The translations under genes were made by a program, and so were the position numbers. From contig CALKZS010000070.1 in the NCBI GenBank assembly GCA_938002835.1, forward strand, positions 1,560-65,559: a stretch of 64,000 bases of DNA. The letters run 5' to 3'. Positions 41,979-50,977 of the stretch are shown in pieces. The notes below the pieces were generated by a model that worked only from the letters and a program-made list of their open reading frames with translations, was not told where the DNA came from and did not search any database. Each line of letters begins with the position of its first letter. Position 1 is the stretch's first letter. The DNA comes from an uncultured Dokdonia sp. Lineage in GTDB: Bacteria > Bacteroidota > Bacteroidia > Flavobacteriales > Flavobacteriaceae.

Positions 41979-43775
41979 ATGGAAATTAAAAACATTGCAA
42001 TTATTGCACACGTAGATCACGGTAAAACAACCTTGGTTGATAAGATTATGTATCACTGTCAACTTTTTCGTGAAAACGAAAATACAGGAGACCTCATTCT
42101 TGATAACAATGATTTAGAACGTGAGCGTGGTATTACTATTACATCAAAAAATGTTTCTGTTCAATATAAAGGAACAAAAATTAATATTATAGATACTCCA
42201 GGTCACGCCGATTTTGGTGGAGAAGTAGAGCGTGTATTGAATATGGCAGATGGAGTGTGTCTACTTGTAGATGCTTTTGAAGGACCTATGCCGCAAACAC
42301 GTTTTGTATTACAAAAGGCAATAGATTTAGGTCTTAAGCCTTGCGTGGTAGTAAATAAAGTAGATAAAGAAAACTGTACTCCAGATGAGGTGCACGAGAA
42401 AGTATTTGACCTAATGTTTGAATTAGGTGCAGAAGAGTGGCAACTAGATTTTCCTACCGTATACGGTAGTGCAAAAAACAACTGGATGTCTGATGATTGG
42501 AAAAACGAAACAGACTCTATAGAGCCGTTGTTAGATATGGTAATGGAGCATATTCCTTCTCCAAAAGTAGAAGAAGGAACTACACAAATGCTTATAACTT
42601 CATTAGATTTTTCTTCATTTACAGGTCGTATTGCGATAGGGCGTGTACAAAGAGGTGAACTTAAAGAAGGGATGCAGATCTCACTTGTAAAGCGTGATGG
42701 GACTATCAAAAAATCTAGAATTAAAGAGCTTCATACTTTTGATGGTTTAGGACGTAAGAAAGTAGCGAGTGTTCCTGCTGGAGATATTTGTGCAGTAGTA
42801 GGAGTAGAAGGATTTGAGATAGGAGATACTATTGCAGATTTTGAAAACCCAGAAGGTCTTAAGTCTATTGCAATAGATGAACCTACAATGAGTATGTTAT
42901 TTACTATTAACGATTCTCCTTTCTTTGGAAAAGATGGAAAATTTGTAACATCTCGTCACATAAAAGATCGTCTTACAAAAGAACTTGAAAAAAACCTTGC
43001 TCTTCGTGTTAATGAAACTGATAGTGCAGATAAGTTTTTAGTATATGGTCGTGGTGTACTTCACCTTTCTGTTCTTATTGAGACAATGCGTCGTGAAGGA
43101 TATGAATTACAAATAGGACAGCCACAAGTAATTATAAAAGAAATTGATGGTGTAAAATGTGAGCCAGTAGAAGAGCTTACAATAGATCTTCCAGAAAACG
43201 TTTCTGGACGTGCGGTAGAGTTTGTAACACTACGTAAAGGAGAGATGCTTTCTATGGAAGCAAAAGGAGATCGTATGATTATTGAGTTTTTAATCCCATC
43301 ACGTGGTATTATAGGACTTCGTAATCAACTTCTTACGGCTACGGCTGGAGAAGCAATTATGGCACACCGTTTTAAAGAATATCAACCACTTAGAGGTGAC
43401 ATTCCTGGACGTATAAATGGATCTTTAGTATCTATGGAAAACGGAAATGCAATTCCTTATTCTATTGATAAATTACAAGATCGTGGTAAATTCTTTGTAG
43501 ACCCAGGAGAAGATATTTATGAAGGTCAAGTAATTGGTGAGAATTCTCGTCAAGATGATATGACGGTAAATATTACTAAGACAAAGAAACTTTCTAACGT
43601 GCGTTCATCTGGAGCAGATGATAAAGCAAAGATTGTTCCTGCCATTAAGTTTTCGCTTGAAGAAGCATTAGAATATATTCAAAAAGATGAGCTTGTTGAG
43701 GTAACACCTAACTTCTTGCGTTTGCGTAAGATATACTTAAAAGAAGTAGATCGTAAGCGTAACAAGATTATATAA
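41979..43775 (+). CDS. typA: Translational GTPase TypA/BipA
   Basis: [33 protein letters not shown]. Confidence 0.98.
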   Translation: MEIKNIAIIAHVDHGKTTLVDKIMYHCQLFRENENTGDLILDNNDLERERGITITSKNVSVQYKGTKINIIDTPGHADFGGEVERVLNMADGVCLLVDAFEGPMPQTRFVLQKAIDLGLKPCVVVNKVDKENCTPDEVHEKVFDLMFELGAEEWQLDFPTVYGSAKNNWMSDDWKNETDSIEPLLDMVMEHIPSPKVEEGTTQMLITSLDFSSFTGRIAIGRVQRGELKEGMQISLVKRDGTIKKSRIKELHTFDGLGRKKVASVPAGDICAVVGVEGFEIGDTIADFENPEGLKSIAIDEPTMSMLFTINDSPFFGKDGKFVTSRHIKDRLTKELEKNLALRVNETDSADKFLVYGRGVLHLSVLIETMRREGYELQIGQPQVIIKEIDGVKCEPVEELTIDLPENVSGRAVEFVTLRKGEMLSMEAKGDRMIIEFLIPSRGIIGLRNQLLTATAGEAIMAHRFKEYQPLRGDIPGRINGSLVSMENGNAIPYSIDKLQDRGKFFVDPGEDIYEGQVIGENSRQDDMTVNITKTKKLSNVRSSGADDKAKIVPAIKFSLEEALEYIQKDELVEVTPNFLRLRKIYLKEVDRKRNKII

Positions 43776-43817
43776 TTAAAGTTATTAGGAATTAAATTTT
43801 CCTTGACCTAAACTTGT

Positions 43818-43854
43818 AAACCCTACTTTTTTTAAAGTAGGGTTTTGTTTTTTT
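43818..43854 (+). terminator. Intrinsic terminator after typA
   Basis: AAACCCTACTTT/AAAGTAGGGTTT stem + T run. Confidence 0.85.
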
Positions 43855-43855
43855 A

Positions 43856-43871
43856 TGCTTTCGCGAAAGCA
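43856..43871. repeat. Palindrome copy 12, TGCTTTCGCGAAAGCA (symmetric T/A flank variant)
   Basis: Exact core; both outer bases differ from CG but remain complementary. Confidence 0.97.
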
Positions 43872-43975
43872 CACTGAAACCCATAATCATATTGTAATCT
43901 CTTAATTTGTAGTCATACGGTTATAATCTTTGATAGTAAACTATTATTTTTGAGTTATATCTTTAAAAAATAAAA

Positions 43976-44173
43976 ATGACGTTTCTTTATTTTGATCCAG
44001 GATTAGGTGCTATGATTGCACAAGGACTTGTCGCTATAGTTGCAGGTATTGTGTTGTTTTCTAAAAATGCACTTTTTAAAATAAAATCAATGTTGGGTCT
44101 TGTAAAAGAAGATGATTATGATGGGATCGACATAGATGAAGCAGATGCAGATGAAGATGAAGAAGATAAGTAA
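43976..44173 (+). CDS. 65-aa single-TM peptide with YFDPGLGA motif and acidic tail
   Basis: ATG preceded by an A-rich leader, hydrophobic helix, overlaps the next start. Confidence 0.72.
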   Translation: MTFLYFDPGLGAMIAQGLVAIVAGIVLFSKNALFKIKSMLGLVKEDDYDGIDIDEADADEDEEDK

Positions 44174-45536
44174 GAAACACGAGTCTTCTTTTAGAGATCC
44201 TTCTGGTTATGTGTTTTATGATGGAGACATTTTACGAAGGCGCATACTTCCTATATACTTTAAACAATACAAAGCACTTTCTGAGACAGGTTTTTTTAAG
44301 ACACTATCTAGAAAAGGATTACTTGTATCACATACACTCACCTCAGAAAATGAGAATGAAATCATTATTACTCCAGAGGAGATTCCTTTTATTACCTATC
44401 CATATGAATGGGGTTTTGAGCAGTATAAACAAGCAGCTTTACTCACATTAAAAATACAAAAGTATGCACTCACTAAAGGGTTTTGGCTCAAAGATGCTTC
44501 GGCCTATAATGTGACGATGTATCAAGGTAAACCTATTTTTATAGACTCCCTTTCTTTTGATTTTTATGAAGAAGGAACACCTTGGAGAGCCTATAAACAG
44601 TTTATTACTCATTTTTTTGGTCCGCTGGTGTTATCAAAATACTTTGGAAGTGATATGATAAAGATGATGCAATCTCATATAGATGGGATTCCCTTGCAAC
44701 TCATCTCATCAATGTTACCTTCAAAAACAAAGTTGAGCCCTACATTACAATCTAATATTCATTTACTAGCTAGATTAGAAGGAAAGCATAATGATGACTA
44801 TAAAGGAGAAACTAAGGTCTCAAAATTAAGTTTAAAAGCACTTAATACCATTTTAGATAGTCTGTATGATTATATCATAAAATTGCAATTTAAAGATGCT
44901 ACAGAGTGGGGAGATTATTATTCAAAGACTAATTATGATGCACAATCTTTTGAAGCAAAAAAGAAGTTAATAAAAGAATGGGTTTTACCATTAAAGGCAA
45001 AACGTATTATTGATGTAGGAGGAAATGATGGTACATTTGCAAGAGCTTTAGATAGTGATGCGCATCTTATAGTTACAGATATTGATGTAAATGCTGTAGA
45101 TCAAAATTTTAAAAAAGCACAAGCTCAAACCGAAGATAATATGTTAGCCTTTGTGAGTGATGTATTACAGCCTTCACCAGCAATAGGTTTTAATAATACA
45201 GAACGCGAATCTCTCATAGAGCGATTAGAAAAATATGCTCCAGATGTGACAATGGCACTTGCGTTAATACATCATATCACACTATCTGGCAATGTGCCTT
45301 TTGATAAATCGGCTTCTTTTTTTGCATCTTTTTCTGAACATCTCATTATTGAATTCCCTAAGCGAGAAGATTCTTGGGTAGGATCATTATTAATAAGAAA
45401 ACGAGAGTTTATAAATCATTTTGATTTTTATAATGAGTCCCATTTTGAAGAAGAGTACAAACAATATTTTGTATTAGAGAAAAAAGAAATAATTGTGGGA
45501 ACCTCACGTTTACTTTATTATTTCAAAAAGAAATAA
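44157..45536 (+). CDS. NoeA-like protein: N-terminal kinase-like domain + C-terminal SAM-dependent methyltransferase (start revised from 44136)
   Basis: SFRDPSG, LKDASAYN (DxxxxN), IFID; IIDVGGNDG SAM motif I, LALIHH. Confidence 0.8.
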   Translation: MKKISKKHESSFRDPSGYVFYDGDILRRRILPIYFKQYKALSETGFFKTLSRKGLLVSHTLTSENENEIIITPEEIPFITYPYEWGFEQYKQAALLTLKIQKYALTKGFWLKDASAYNVTMYQGKPIFIDSLSFDFYEEGTPWRAYKQFITHFFGPLVLSKYFGSDMIKMMQSHIDGIPLQLISSMLPSKTKLSPTLQSNIHLLARLEGKHNDDYKGETKVSKLSLKALNTILDSLYDYIIKLQFKDATEWGDYYSKTNYDAQSFEAKKKLIKEWVLPLKAKRIIDVGGNDGTFARALDSDAHLIVTDIDVNAVDQNFKKAQAQTEDNMLAFVSDVLQPSPAIGFNNTERESLIERLEKYAPDVTMALALIHHITLSGNVPFDKSASFFASFSEHLIIEFPKREDSWVGSLLIRKREFINHFDFYNESHFEEEYKQYFVLEKKEIIVGTSRLLYYFKKK

Positions 45537-47021
45537 ATGTCTCAAAATAAAAAACAAGGAGTACTCCAGAAATTTTTAAATAATAAAAGATCATTTCCTG
45601 TACTTGCAGGAATTTTGGCTGGGTTATATCCTATGCTTTTTTATGCAAGTAATAACTACACATTAATAAATACCTTAGGACATTTAGGCTATTTTTTAAT
45701 GATGTATATTACAATTCCTGTTGTAGTTATTTGGCTTCTATATACCTTTAGTAAAAAAGTAGTAAATGGAAAGTATACAAAGTATGTCATACCATTTTTA
45801 GGGAGTTTTATTTTTCTTTTTTTAATGCATATTTCTTATTTCGGGTTTTTGAAAAAGAAAATATCTGTGGGTCTTTTACTTATAGCAGTTTTGATTGCTT
45901 TTTTCTTATGGCGACAGTTTAAAAAGTTAATTGTTATACAAGGATTACTAGCTATAATAGGATTAATTACACTTGTGCCTAGATTAATAGAAGCAATCAC
46001 ATATGATGATTCTTGGGGGGAAGTGTCTTCAGAAATACGTGAAGCTACTTTTGTAAAAAAACCTAATATTTATTATATACAACCAGATGGTTATGTGAAT
46101 TTTTCTGAATTGTATAAAGGACATTATAAATCTAAAGACAGTACTTTTCAAAAATATCTTACTAAAAACAGCTTTACGTTTTATCCAGATTTTAGAAGTA
46201 ATTATGCTTCTACTCTTACCTCAAATAGTGCTACATTTATGATGAAGCATCATTATTATAATGGCAATCTAACTTTAGAAAATTATAATGCTCGTGATGT
46301 CATTGTTTCAAAAAATACGGTATTAGATATTTTAAAGTCTAATAATTATAAAACTCATTTACTTACAGAGCTTCCTTACTTATTACTTAATAGGCCTAAA
46401 ATGGGTTATGATTTTTGTAATATAGATTATAATGATGTAAATTATATAGGGACAGGGTTAGGTAAACCAGTTTCTACATATGATGTTCTTATGGAACATT
46501 TAAGTCTTCCTACTGAGCAACCTAATTTCTTTTTTATTGAGATTTTTAACCCAGGACATATTCACGGTAATGCAAATAAGTCTCAAGGAGTTCAGGGAGA
46601 ACGTGCATTATGGTTTGAAAGCCTGGAGATGGCACATATGAAGGTAAAAAAACACGTAGATCTTATAAAACAAAATGATCCTAATGCACTTATTATTTTG
46701 ATGGCAGATCACGGTGGTTTTGTAGGATTAGACTACACACAACAAGCTTTAAGTAAGATAGAAGATAGAGATTTATTGTATAGTATTTATAGTGCAAACT
46801 TGGCTATACACTGGCCTAATAAAACAGATCTAGAAAAGGAACTTCCTTTTAAAAGTGGTGTAAATTTCTTTAGAGTACTTATTTCATATCTTAGTAACAA
46901 TCAAAAATTGCTAGAAGAGCAAGAAAATAATGGAAGTTATGCAGTTATTAAAGAAGGAGCATCGCCAGCCATTTATCAGGTAATTGATGATAACGGAAAT
47001 GTAACATTCAAAAAACAATAG
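45537..47021 (+). CDS. Membrane-bound alkaline-phosphatase-superfamily (LtaS/sulfatase-like) protein
   Basis: About 5 TM, then PNIYYIQPDGY, STLTS, HIHG, ILMADHG. Confidence 0.78.
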   Translation: MSQNKKQGVLQKFLNNKRSFPVLAGILAGLYPMLFYASNNYTLINTLGHLGYFLMMYITIPVVVIWLLYTFSKKVVNGKYTKYVIPFLGSFIFLFLMHISYFGFLKKKISVGLLLIAVLIAFFLWRQFKKLIVIQGLLAIIGLITLVPRLIEAITYDDSWGEVSSEIREATFVKKPNIYYIQPDGYVNFSELYKGHYKSKDSTFQKYLTKNSFTFYPDFRSNYASTLTSNSATFMMKHHYYNGNLTLENYNARDVIVSKNTVLDILKSNNYKTHLLTELPYLLLNRPKMGYDFCNIDYNDVNYIGTGLGKPVSTYDVLMEHLSLPTEQPNFFFIEIFNPGHIHGNANKSQGVQGERALWFESLEMAHMKVKKHVDLIKQNDPNALIILMADHGGFVGLDYTQQALSKIEDRDLLYSIYSANLAIHWPNKTDLEKELPFKSGVNFFRVLISYLSNNQKLLEEQENNGSYAVIKEGASPAIYQVIDDNGNVTFKKQ

Positions 47022-47996
47022 TTTATCTATAAAGTTTATACATATCATCCTAATCATAAAAACGAGTGGAATGCTTTTGTAGCCATTTCTAAAAATGCCA
47101 CATTTTTGCATAACCGAGATTTTGTAGAGTATCACTCAGATAGATTTTTAGATCATTCATTAATAGTAAAAAAGGGAGAGCATATAGTTGCATTAGTACC
47201 AGCACATAAAGCAGGTGCTATAGTGCATAGCCATCAAGGGCTTACGTATGGTGGGATTTTGCTTTCGCGAAAGCAAAAAACGAAAGATACTCTCGAGATA
47301 GTAAAGGCAATACTTCTATTTCTAGAAAGTCAAGGTATCCTTAGACTTTCCATTAAGCCAGCACCACATTTTTATATGAAGCAACCTAGTGAGGAGATAG
47401 CTTATGTGTTACAATTATTAAATGCAAATTGTTACCGTATAGATACAGCCTCTGTAATAGATAATCGAGATAGATTACCCATACAGTCTAATAGAGTAGA
47501 AGGTGTGAGAAAAGCGCAGAAAAAGGGATTAATTATCAAGGAAGAAGCTGTTTTTAATGATTTCTGGCAACAAATTTTAGTGCCTAATCTCACAAAAAAA
47601 TATCAATCAAAACCTACACACACCCTTGAAGAAATAGTGTTGCTACAACACTGCTTTTCAAATAACATTAGACAGTTCAATGTATATGATGGGAAAGAAA
47701 TAGTAGGAGGAACTACTATTTTTGAAACTTCGACAGTAGCGCACGTTCAATATATCTCTGGTAATGATAATAAACAAGAGTTAGGAACATTAGATTTTCT
47801 TTTTCATTATCTCATTACAGATATATTTGCTCATAAAAGGTATTTTGACTTTGGGATTTCAAATGAAAATCAAGGAAAAAACCTAAATAGCGGATTGTCA
47901 TATTGGAAAGAATGTTTTGGTGCGCGCACGTTTGTACACAGACATTATGAAGTAGAAACTAAGAATCATTCACTTTTAAATGATGTGTTAATATGA
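47022..47996 (+). CDS. GNAT/FemAB-like acyltransferase; family-like N-terminus extends to 47022 but the first canonical start is TTG 47106
   Basis: W..FV..SKNATFLHNRDF.EYHSDRF, HQGLTYGG, FDFGISNE, WKECFGAR. Confidence 0.8.
   Translation, partial: FIYKVYTYHPNHKNEWNAFVAISKNATFLHNRDFVEYHSDRFLDHSLIVKKGEHIVALVPAHKAGAIVHSHQGLTYGGILLSRKQKTKDTLEIVKAILLFLESQGILRLSIKPAPHFYMKQPSEEIAYVLQLLNANCYRIDTASVIDNRDRLPIQSNRVEGVRKAQKKGLIIKEEAVFNDFWQQILVPNLTKKYQSKPTHTLEEIVLLQHCFSNNIRQFNVYDGKEIVGGTTIFETSTVAHVQYISGNDNKQELGTLDFLFHYLITDIFAHKRYFDFGISNENQGKNLNSGLSYWKECFGARTFVHRHYEVETKNHSLLNDVLI
47257..47278. repeat. Palindrome copy 13 (22 bp, TTTT-core-AAAA), inside the GNAT gene (LSRK frame)
   Basis: Exact core 47261-47274. 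Confidence 0.97.
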
Positions 47997-49099
47997 TTCC
48001 TTTTTTAAATCTTAAGAATCTTAATGCTCCTTATGAGAAAGAACTCAAACAACAGTTTGACCGTTTTTTAAATACCGGATGGTATATTTTAGGAGAAGAA
48101 GTTACCTTTTTTGAAAAAGAATATGCTACCTATTGTGGGACATCGCATTGTGTAGGAACAGCAAATGGGCTGGACGCCATTCGTATTATTTTAGAAGGGT
48201 ATAAGATTTTAAAAAAACTTCATCTAGGAGATGAGGTTCTTGTAGCGAGTAATACCTATATAGCAACGATTATAGCAATTAAGCAAGCAGGATTAATTCC
48301 TGTTTTAGTAGAAGCAGATCTAGATACTTTTAATTTTGATTTTAAGGATCTAGAAAGTAAGATTACTTCTAAAACTAAAGTTGTATTACCTACACATCTT
48401 TATGGTCAGCTTACAGATATGGAGAAGATATTTGCTTTTGCAAAAGCACATCATTTATTAATTGTTGCAGATTGTGCTCAATCTCACGGGGCGCAAACTA
48501 ATGATGGTAATAAAAGTGGTTCTCTTGCAAATGCAGCTGCGCATAGCTTTTATCCTACAAAGAATCTAGGAGCTCTTGGTGACGCTGGGGCGATCACTAC
48601 AGATGATAATGAGCTGGCTGATGTAATTAAAAAATATAGAAATTACGGTTTTGAAAAAGCATATATTGCAAAGTATATAGGTGTTAATTCTCGTCTCGAT
48701 GAGTTACAAGCTGCTTTTTTGAGAATTAAATTAAGAGATTTAGACCATCAAAACAATAAACGCATTGCCATTGCAAAGCGTTATCTCTCAGAGATTAAAA
48801 ATGAATATATCATAATGCCTCAATGGAATGGCCAGAAAGATCACGTTTTTCATTTGTTTGTGATTCGTTCTAAGTATCGCAATGAACTACAAGAGTATTT
48901 GAAGAATAATGGGATACATACCATTATTCATTACCCAATACCACCACATAAACAAGAAGCGTTACAGGAGTTTAAAGAACTTTATTTTCCTACTAGTGAG
49001 CAGTTACATAATGAGGTACTAAGTATTTCTACAGATCCTACATTAACGCCAGTTGAGGTAGATAAAATCATCAGTGTTATAAACAATTTTGTATGCTAG
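47993..49099 (+). CDS. DegT/DnrJ/EryC1/StrS PLP-dependent sugar aminotransferase (FdtB/QdtB-like)
   Basis: NGLDA, DCAQSHG, SFYPTKNLG, NSRLDELQAA. Confidence 0.93.
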   Translation: MIPFLNLKNLNAPYEKELKQQFDRFLNTGWYILGEEVTFFEKEYATYCGTSHCVGTANGLDAIRIILEGYKILKKLHLGDEVLVASNTYIATIIAIKQAGLIPVLVEADLDTFNFDFKDLESKITSKTKVVLPTHLYGQLTDMEKIFAFAKAHHLLIVADCAQSHGAQTNDGNKSGSLANAAAHSFYPTKNLGALGDAGAITTDDNELADVIKKYRNYGFEKAYIAKYIGVNSRLDELQAAFLRIKLRDLDHQNNKRIAIAKRYLSEIKNEYIIMPQWNGQKDHVFHLFVIRSKYRNELQEYLKNNGIHTIIHYPIPPHKQEALQEFKELYFPTSEQLHNEVLSISTDPTLTPVEVDKIISVINNFVC

Positions 49100-50394
49100 G
49101 GAAGTTGTATGGTAAGATTACAAACAACCTACTTTTAAAGATTACTTCTTTAAATGCCATAGCAGTATTATTCCAAATAATAGGAGGTTTTATCACTTCA
49201 AAACTCATTGCAATTTATTTAGGTGAACGAGGAATGGCATTGTTAGGATATTTGCGCAATTTTTTGACCACCACACAGGCTATAGCAAACCTAGGTTATA
49301 GTAATGGCGTTGTAAAATATGTAGCTTCTCATAAAGATAATAAACCGTTATTATCAAAGATGTTGTCATCTTCTATTATTATGAGTTTTGTTGCCTCCAT
49401 AATAATTTCTGTGATATTGTATGTAGGAGCTCCGTTCTGGAATAATGCCGTTTTTGGAAGAGACATATCTTATGTCTATATATTTAAATATCTTGCTTTT
49501 GCTATTCCTTTTATCACAGCAAATAGTATTCTGATTGCAATTATAAATGGACAATCTGCCTATAAAAAAGTGGTATGGATTAATATAGTGACTAATGCAA
49601 TGGGTATTGGGATTACCGCCTATTTGATCATCACAAAAGGAATAGAAGGAGCATTTATTGCAATGGTGATAAGTCCAGCTATTGCAGTATTAGTCACATT
49701 AATTTTAATAGGAAAACAAGCTAGACTTCTAAGATTATTAGTTGCCAAAGTATCATTTACGGCCATAAAGAAAATGAGTTCATACACCATTATGGCTGTT
49801 TTTTCTATGATGGTTTTACCTTTGGTTTATATTGCGATACGTAATCAAATTGTAACTTCAAGCGGAATTGAAGCAGCGGGTTATTGGGACGCGATGACAC
49901 GTATTTCTGATTATTACATCAAGTTTGTAGCTACAGTGATGACTTTGTATATATTACCACAGCTTGCAAAAACAACAACTGATGTTGCATTTAGAAAAGA
50001 GATTTTTGCGTTTTATAAAACAATATTGCCTTTGTATGGTGTAGGTTTGCTAATAATATTTTTATCTAGAAAGTTTATTATCCAGATACTGTTTACAGAA
50101 GATTTTATACCTGTATCATCGCTTTTTAAATGGCAATTATTAGGAGATTTTTTTAAGGTAGCCTCTCTGGTGATAGGATATCAAATTATTGCTAAAAATA
50201 ATTTAAAACTCTTTCTATTCACTGAGATTATCTCTCTTATAGTAATATATATATCAGGAATTTATTTTGTAAAATTGTATGGGTATGAAGGTGGTGCCAT
50301 AGGACATTGTTTAAGTTATTTTGTGCATTTATTAATGTTACTGTTTATCTTTAGAAAACCACTTTTTGGAAAAATAAAAGAAGCCAGTGCGTAG
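49093..50394 (+). CDS. wzx: O-antigen/oligosaccharide flippase (WzxE-like)
   Basis: About 12 TM, G..GMA..G..RNF, AGYWDAM.RISD, WQLLGDFFK. Confidence 0.88.
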   Translation: MLGKLYGKITNNLLLKITSLNAIAVLFQIIGGFITSKLIAIYLGERGMALLGYLRNFLTTTQAIANLGYSNGVVKYVASHKDNKPLLSKMLSSSIIMSFVASIIISVILYVGAPFWNNAVFGRDISYVYIFKYLAFAIPFITANSILIAIINGQSAYKKVVWINIVTNAMGIGITAYLIITKGIEGAFIAMVISPAIAVLVTLILIGKQARLLRLLVAKVSFTAIKKMSSYTIMAVFSMMVLPLVYIAIRNQIVTSSGIEAAGYWDAMTRISDYYIKFVATVMTLYILPQLAKTTTDVAFRKEIFAFYKTILPLYGVGLLIIFLSRKFIIQILFTEDFIPVSSLFKWQLLGDFFKVASLVIGYQIIAKNNLKLFLFTEIISLIVIYISGIYFVKLYGYEGGAIGHCLSYFVHLLMLLFIFRKPLFGKIKEASA

Positions 50395-50917
50395 ATTAGG
50401 ATCTTTCATACAGTTTTTTCGTATTCTTAAATACAAGTTACTTTCAACAAATAAACACATTGAAGGTAAAGCAATAGTACATCAACCTGCTCAGGTAAAT
50501 GGAGAAGGGGTAATACGCTTTCGCGAAAGCGTACACATAGGGGTCACAAATTCACCCCAGTTTTATAATACATATGCATATATAGAGGCTCGAAAGAAAG
50601 GGAGTGAGATTGTTTTTGGAGAGAATGTAGCAATCAATAATAACTTTTGTGCAATTGCAAATGAATCGTCTATTACTATTGGAGATCATACCACGATAGG
50701 ATATAACGTATCAATTTATAACTGTAACTTTCATAGTCTTGACCCTGAAAAACGAAGAGAAGAAACTGGTAGTAGTAAACCTGTATATATCGGGAAGAAT
50801 GTTTTTATAGGAAATAACGTAAGCATTTGGAAAGGTGTCACCATAGGAGACAATGCTATTATACCCGCAGGAAGTATTGTAAAAGTTGATGGCTTAGAAG
50901 GAAGTACTTTTTCTTAA
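50387..50917 (+). CDS. Left-handed beta-helix O-acyltransferase (GTG start)
   Basis: Hexapeptide repeats, PVYIGKNVFIG, KGVTIGDNAII. Confidence 0.87.
   Translation: MRRLGSFIQFFRILKYKLLSTNKHIEGKAIVHQPAQVNGEGVIRFRESVHIGVTNSPQFYNTYAYIEARKKGSEIVFGENVAINNNFCAIANESSITIGDHTTIGYNVSIYNCNFHSLDPEKRREETGSSKPVYIGKNVFIGNNVSIWKGVTIGDNAIIPAGSIVKVDGLEGSTFS
50514..50533. repeat. Palindrome copy 14 (20 bp), inside the acyltransferase gene (RFRES frame)
   Basis: Exact. Confidence 0.97.
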
Positions 50918-50921
50918 ACTC

Positions 50922-50960
50922 TAATATCGGATAAAAATAAATTATATTTATCCGATATTA
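50922..50960. promoter_or_regulatory. Perfect 14-bp inverted repeat (11-nt spacer) upstream of fic; putative operator
   Basis: TAATATCGGATAAA-N11-TTTATCCGATATTA. Confidence 0.65.
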
Positions 50961-50965
50961 AAGAG

Positions 50966-50973
50966 TATCTTTG
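50966..50973 (+). promoter_or_regulatory. Sigma-A -7 element TATCTTTG 4 nt before the fic GTG (near-leaderless)
   Basis: TAnnTTTG match. Confidence 0.5.
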
Positions 50974-50977
50974 GGAT

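Noticed and set aside
42203-42709. Long antisense ORFs in the track (e.g. opposite typA, rplA 26349-26705, rpoB 30325-30660, cysS 2310-2609)
   Set aside because: They lie fully opposite conserved genes, have Ser/Phe/Ile-rich shadow composition and show no recognisable motifs.
47019-47021. Genome-wide TAG recoding as the explanation for the missing GNAT start
   Set aside because: rplA, rpoC and the DHH gene end normally at TAG, so any readthrough would be local.
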